Origin: a virus
Taxonomy: Duplodnaviria > Caudoviricetes
Virus record (IMG/VR): IMGVR_UViG_3300020042_007964
Coordinates: 1 to 39,472 of that record
Reading direction: 5' to 3' (one strand)
Length of the DNA stretch: 39,472 bases
Shown: piece by piece, positions 36,761-39,472 of the stretch
How positions within the stretch are numbered: position 1 is the stretch's first letter
How the letters are laid out: each line of letters starts with the position of its first letter
Translations under genes and position numbers: made by a program
Notes under the pieces: model-generated
Seen by the model: the letters and a program-made list of their open reading frames with translations, nothing else
The model's database searches: none
What the model was told of the DNA's origin: nothing

Positions 36761-36768
36761 ATATTTAT
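36761..36768 (+). promoter_or_regulatory. Putative late promoter ATATTTAT
   Basis: Octamer in the gap upstream of ATG 36791. Confidence 0.65.
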
Positions 36769-36790
36769 TGACAAGATATAATAAAAAAAG

Positions 36791-39472
36791 ATGGCATCAT
36801 TAACTGGACAAAAGATAAAAGATACATATAAATCGTTACTAAAGTTAAATGATAATGGGCAAATAACGCCTGATTTTAAAAATATATCGGATGGTAGTGG
36901 AAGTACGACTGGACTTTATCTAAAAAATACTGGAGTATTAGTAAGCGGATCATTTATAGTATCTGGATCTTTAGACATATCTGGATCTTTTTTTATAACT
37001 GAAATTTATGGTAATTTAATAGGCACCGCTAGTTTCGCAACCTCAGCCAGTCGAGCTATTTCAGCTTCTTTATCGCAAACTGCTTCATTTGCTCCTAATT
37101 ATACTACTTTAGTAGGATTCAATGCATTTACTTCTAGCTATAAACTAGATAGTGGTTCTTTTGATCAAAGGACTGATCTACTAGAAAACGCATTGTCAGG
37201 ATCTAAAAGACTTTACGTATCTCCTGAAGGATCAGATACAAATGATGGTACTCAACCTTATAAGCCATTTAAAACAATTAAAGCAGCTGTAGATAGCTTA
37301 GGAGAAAAAAGTCCATTTAATGTAAAAAGATTTACAATATTTGTTGGATCTGGAGATTATACCGAGCAAAATCCGATCATAGTTCCTCCTGGAGTAGCAA
37401 TTGTTGGAGATAACTTACGTACTGTAAGATTAACAGCAGCAAACCCAACAAAAGACTATTTTCATATTTATGAATCTAGTTATTTTTATGGACTTAGGTT
37501 TTTAAATTTAAAGGATCCCGCATTCTGTTTCTCTTTTCCTTGTTCTACAGCGACAGCCACTATATCAGGAGGACAAGTTACAGGACTTAACCTTATACAC
37601 TCAGCTACAGGTTACACAAATGGTGTAAACCAAAATATAGATATATTAATAGAAGAACCAGACGCAATAGGAACTGCTGCAACTGCAGTAGCTACAATAT
37701 CTGGAAGCTCAATAACTGGATTCACTATTACAAGCGGAGGATCTGGCTATATCTCAGGAGAAAAACCATTAGTTTCTATTCCTATTCCAGTATCTGTAAG
37801 ACCTTTTATTGGAACATCTCCATATATTCAGAACTGTTCTTCTATTACAGGTCCATTCGACACTTCTGGAAATCAAATTTCAGTCTTTACTGCTTTACCT
37901 TATGATACAACTAATGTCAATGAGCAAGGAGCTGGTGGAGGAATGAGAATAGATGGAAACTTAACAGCTGCAACAACTGTAATAAGGTCGATGGTAGCAG
38001 ATTCATTTACTCAAGTTAACCAAGGAGGACCTGGTCATCTAGTAATTAATCGTGGGTATGCTCAGTTTGTTTCTTGCTTTACTACTTTTTGTACTTATGG
38101 ATTTAAAACAGCAGCTGGTGGAGTTGCAAACGTATCCAACTCAGTAATTGACTTTGGAAAATACGGATTGATTTCAAAGACATATTATCCCGTAGCTTAT
38201 AATACTGGATCTTCTTTAGAAACTAAAACTTCATCGGTAAGTGGATTTGTCATAGATGAAAATGGAGCTGGATATACTGGATCAATAGCTGGAGTAACTA
38301 TTTCTGGTGGTGGTGCATCTGTAAATGCAACCGCTCAAGCAAGTGTAAATGCAAATGGATCAATAAATGAAATAATACTAATTACTTCAGGTAGTGGATA
38401 TACTGGTGAACCTAATGTAGTAATCGCAGCTCCAACCGGAGTTGGTGGAATTCAAGCTACTACAGTAGCTGGTAAAGCTAGTATCACAGGAGTTTCTGAG
38501 ATGCTAATTAGCCTTGTTAGTGGATCTAGAAGTGTAGACATAAGCTCAAATATGAGACTTAATGGCGTTAACTATCTAATCACAGGAGTAGCACAAGTAT
38601 CAGGACAGTCTTCTCAAAAAAGAGTAACTACTTATCCTTCTCCTTCAAGTATAACTACTGGAGATGTAGTAAATTTCTACGATTTATCAAATATATCTAC
38701 TGGAGGTCTTGTTAACGAGTACGTTGGTTCTGGAGTAACTTACAACGCTCTTCCTCAATACGGTGGAATTCCAATAAAACAAAGAGAGATAACTCAAATA
38801 GCTCCAGGTAAAGTATTCTACGTTACTATTGATAATATAGGTAACTTAAATATCGGAAGTTTCTTTGCCGTGAATCAATTAACTGGTGAAGTAACAATCA
38901 ATGCAAACTCTTTTAATTTATCGGGCTTAAACGCAATCGGACCATTTAAAAGAAACGGAGTTCCTGTTGGAGTAGTACTACAAGAAGTAAGTAATAATAC
39001 AGCGTTAATAAACTCTCAAGGAATTTATGGTGAAGATACAGCACCAACTCAATACGCTGTTCAACAATATGTAGCGGTAATAAGTTCTTCAATCGGAACA
39101 AATATAGCTCAAACTAGTGCATCAATCGCGAGTAATATTGCAGCTACTAGCGCAAGTTTAATAAGCTTATCTTCTTCTTACGCTTCGCTTTCCTCTTCTT
39201 TTAGATCTGGATCTTATTCTGGAAGTTTTTCTGGATTTTTCTCTGGATCATTAGGAAATTTAAGAGGAACATTACAATATATTCCAGCTTTTGCCTCAAA
39301 TGATACTTTAGTTACTAGCTCAATGTATCAAATATACCCACAAAGTATAGCGATAAACCAACAAGCTATAACTACTGCAGCTCCTGAAGCTTTGTATGTT
39401 TGGCAACCTAGTACATCATCATTCAATGTAATAAGCGGTAAAGGTAATTTAAACAATTACTTACAATTAAAC
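36791..39472 (+). CDS. Tail fibre/spike protein with right-handed beta-helix (pectin lyase-like) domain, partial (runs off right edge; not in ORF track)
   Basis: Manual translation MASLTGQKIKDTYKSLLK...VSGSFIVSGSLDISGS...LYVSPEGSDTNDG...PFKTIKAA...GDYTEQNPIIVPPGVAIVGDNLR. GSGY modules. The same frame is open at the window end (FNVISGKGNLNNYLQLN). Not every internal codon was checked. Confidence 0.85.
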   Translation, partial: MASLTGQKIKDTYKSLLKLNDNGQITPDFKNISDGSGSTTGLYLKNTGVLVSGSFIVSGSLDISGSFFITEIYGNLIGTASFATSASRAISASLSQTASFAPNYTTLVGFNAFTSSYKLDSGSFDQRTDLLENALSGSKRLYVSPEGSDTNDGTQPYKPFKTIKAAVDSLGEKSPFNVKRFTIFVGSGDYTEQNPIIVPPGVAIVGDNLRTVRLTAANPTKDYFHIYESSYFYGLRFLNLKDPAFCFSFPCSTATATISGGQVTGLNLIHSATGYTNGVNQNIDILIEEPDAIGTAATAVATISGSSITGFTITSGGSGYISGEKPLVSIPIPVSVRPFIGTSPYIQNCSSITGPFDTSGNQISVFTALPYDTTNVNEQGAGGGMRIDGNLTAATTVIRSMVADSFTQVNQGGPGHLVINRGYAQFVSCFTTFCTYGFKTAAGGVANVSNSVIDFGKYGLISKTYYPVAYNTGSSLETKTSSVSGFVIDENGAGYTGSIAGVTISGGGASVNATAQASVNANGSINEIILITSGSGYTGEPNVVIAAPTGVGGIQATTVAGKASITGVSEMLISLVSGSRSVDISSNMRLNGVNYLITGVAQVSGQSSQKRVTTYPSPSSITTGDVVNFYDLSNISTGGLVNEYVGSGVTYNALPQYGGIPIKQREITQIAPGKVFYVTIDNIGNLNIGSFFAVNQLTGEVTINANSFNLSGLNAIGPFKRNGVPVGVVLQEVSNNTALINSQGIYGEDTAPTQYAVQQYVAVISSSIGTNIAQTSASIASNIAATSASLISLSSSYASLSSSFRSGSYSGSFSGFFSGSLGNLRGTLQYIPAFASNDTLVTSSMYQIYPQSIAINQQAITTAAPEALYVWQPSTSSFNVISGKGNLNNYLQLN

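Noticed and set aside
1-39472. Stop-codon reassignment (seen in some large phages)
   Set aside because: Long conserved genes are intact in the standard code, and TAG (10414, 21441, 25292) and TGA (7265, 16348, 17748) end genes at sensible positions.
1-39472. CRISPR array, integrase or transposase
   Set aside because: No regularly spaced repeats or recognisable recombinase motifs were seen.

Overview
AT-rich, densely packed 39.5 kb segment of a large T4-related tailed phage using the standard genetic code. The host is probably a Bacteroidota: there are TAnnTTTG promoters and A-rich, Shine-Dalgarno-free starts. Order, left to right: (1) a minus-strand block (baseplate hub-like gene, gp55-like late sigma factor, HD protein, glutaredoxin-like protein); (2) a structured 340-bp divergent intergenic region; (3) primase and a fused Mre11-Rad50 (SbcD-SbcC) gene; (4) a ~10 kb accessory cluster (triple-nucleotidyltransferase protein, zincin-HAD fusion, Dps-like, flavodoxin-like and nuclease-like proteins, small basic proteins); (5) GH19 endolysin and a spanin-like pair; (6) terminase, portal, prohead protease, scaffold, major capsid, PhoH, neck and tail-terminator genes; (7) a tail fibre running off the end. 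Most notable: a shared N-terminal helix (M-I-K-L-T-[D/E]-I-L-K-E) and hydrophobic-x-E sites on unrelated accessory proteins, echoed in the scaffold, suggesting a capsid-targeting and prohead-protease processing system for enzyme cargo. Also notable: a recurrent ATATTTAT late-promoter candidate and two structured non-coding elements. All product calls come from motif recognition by eye, with no database searches.
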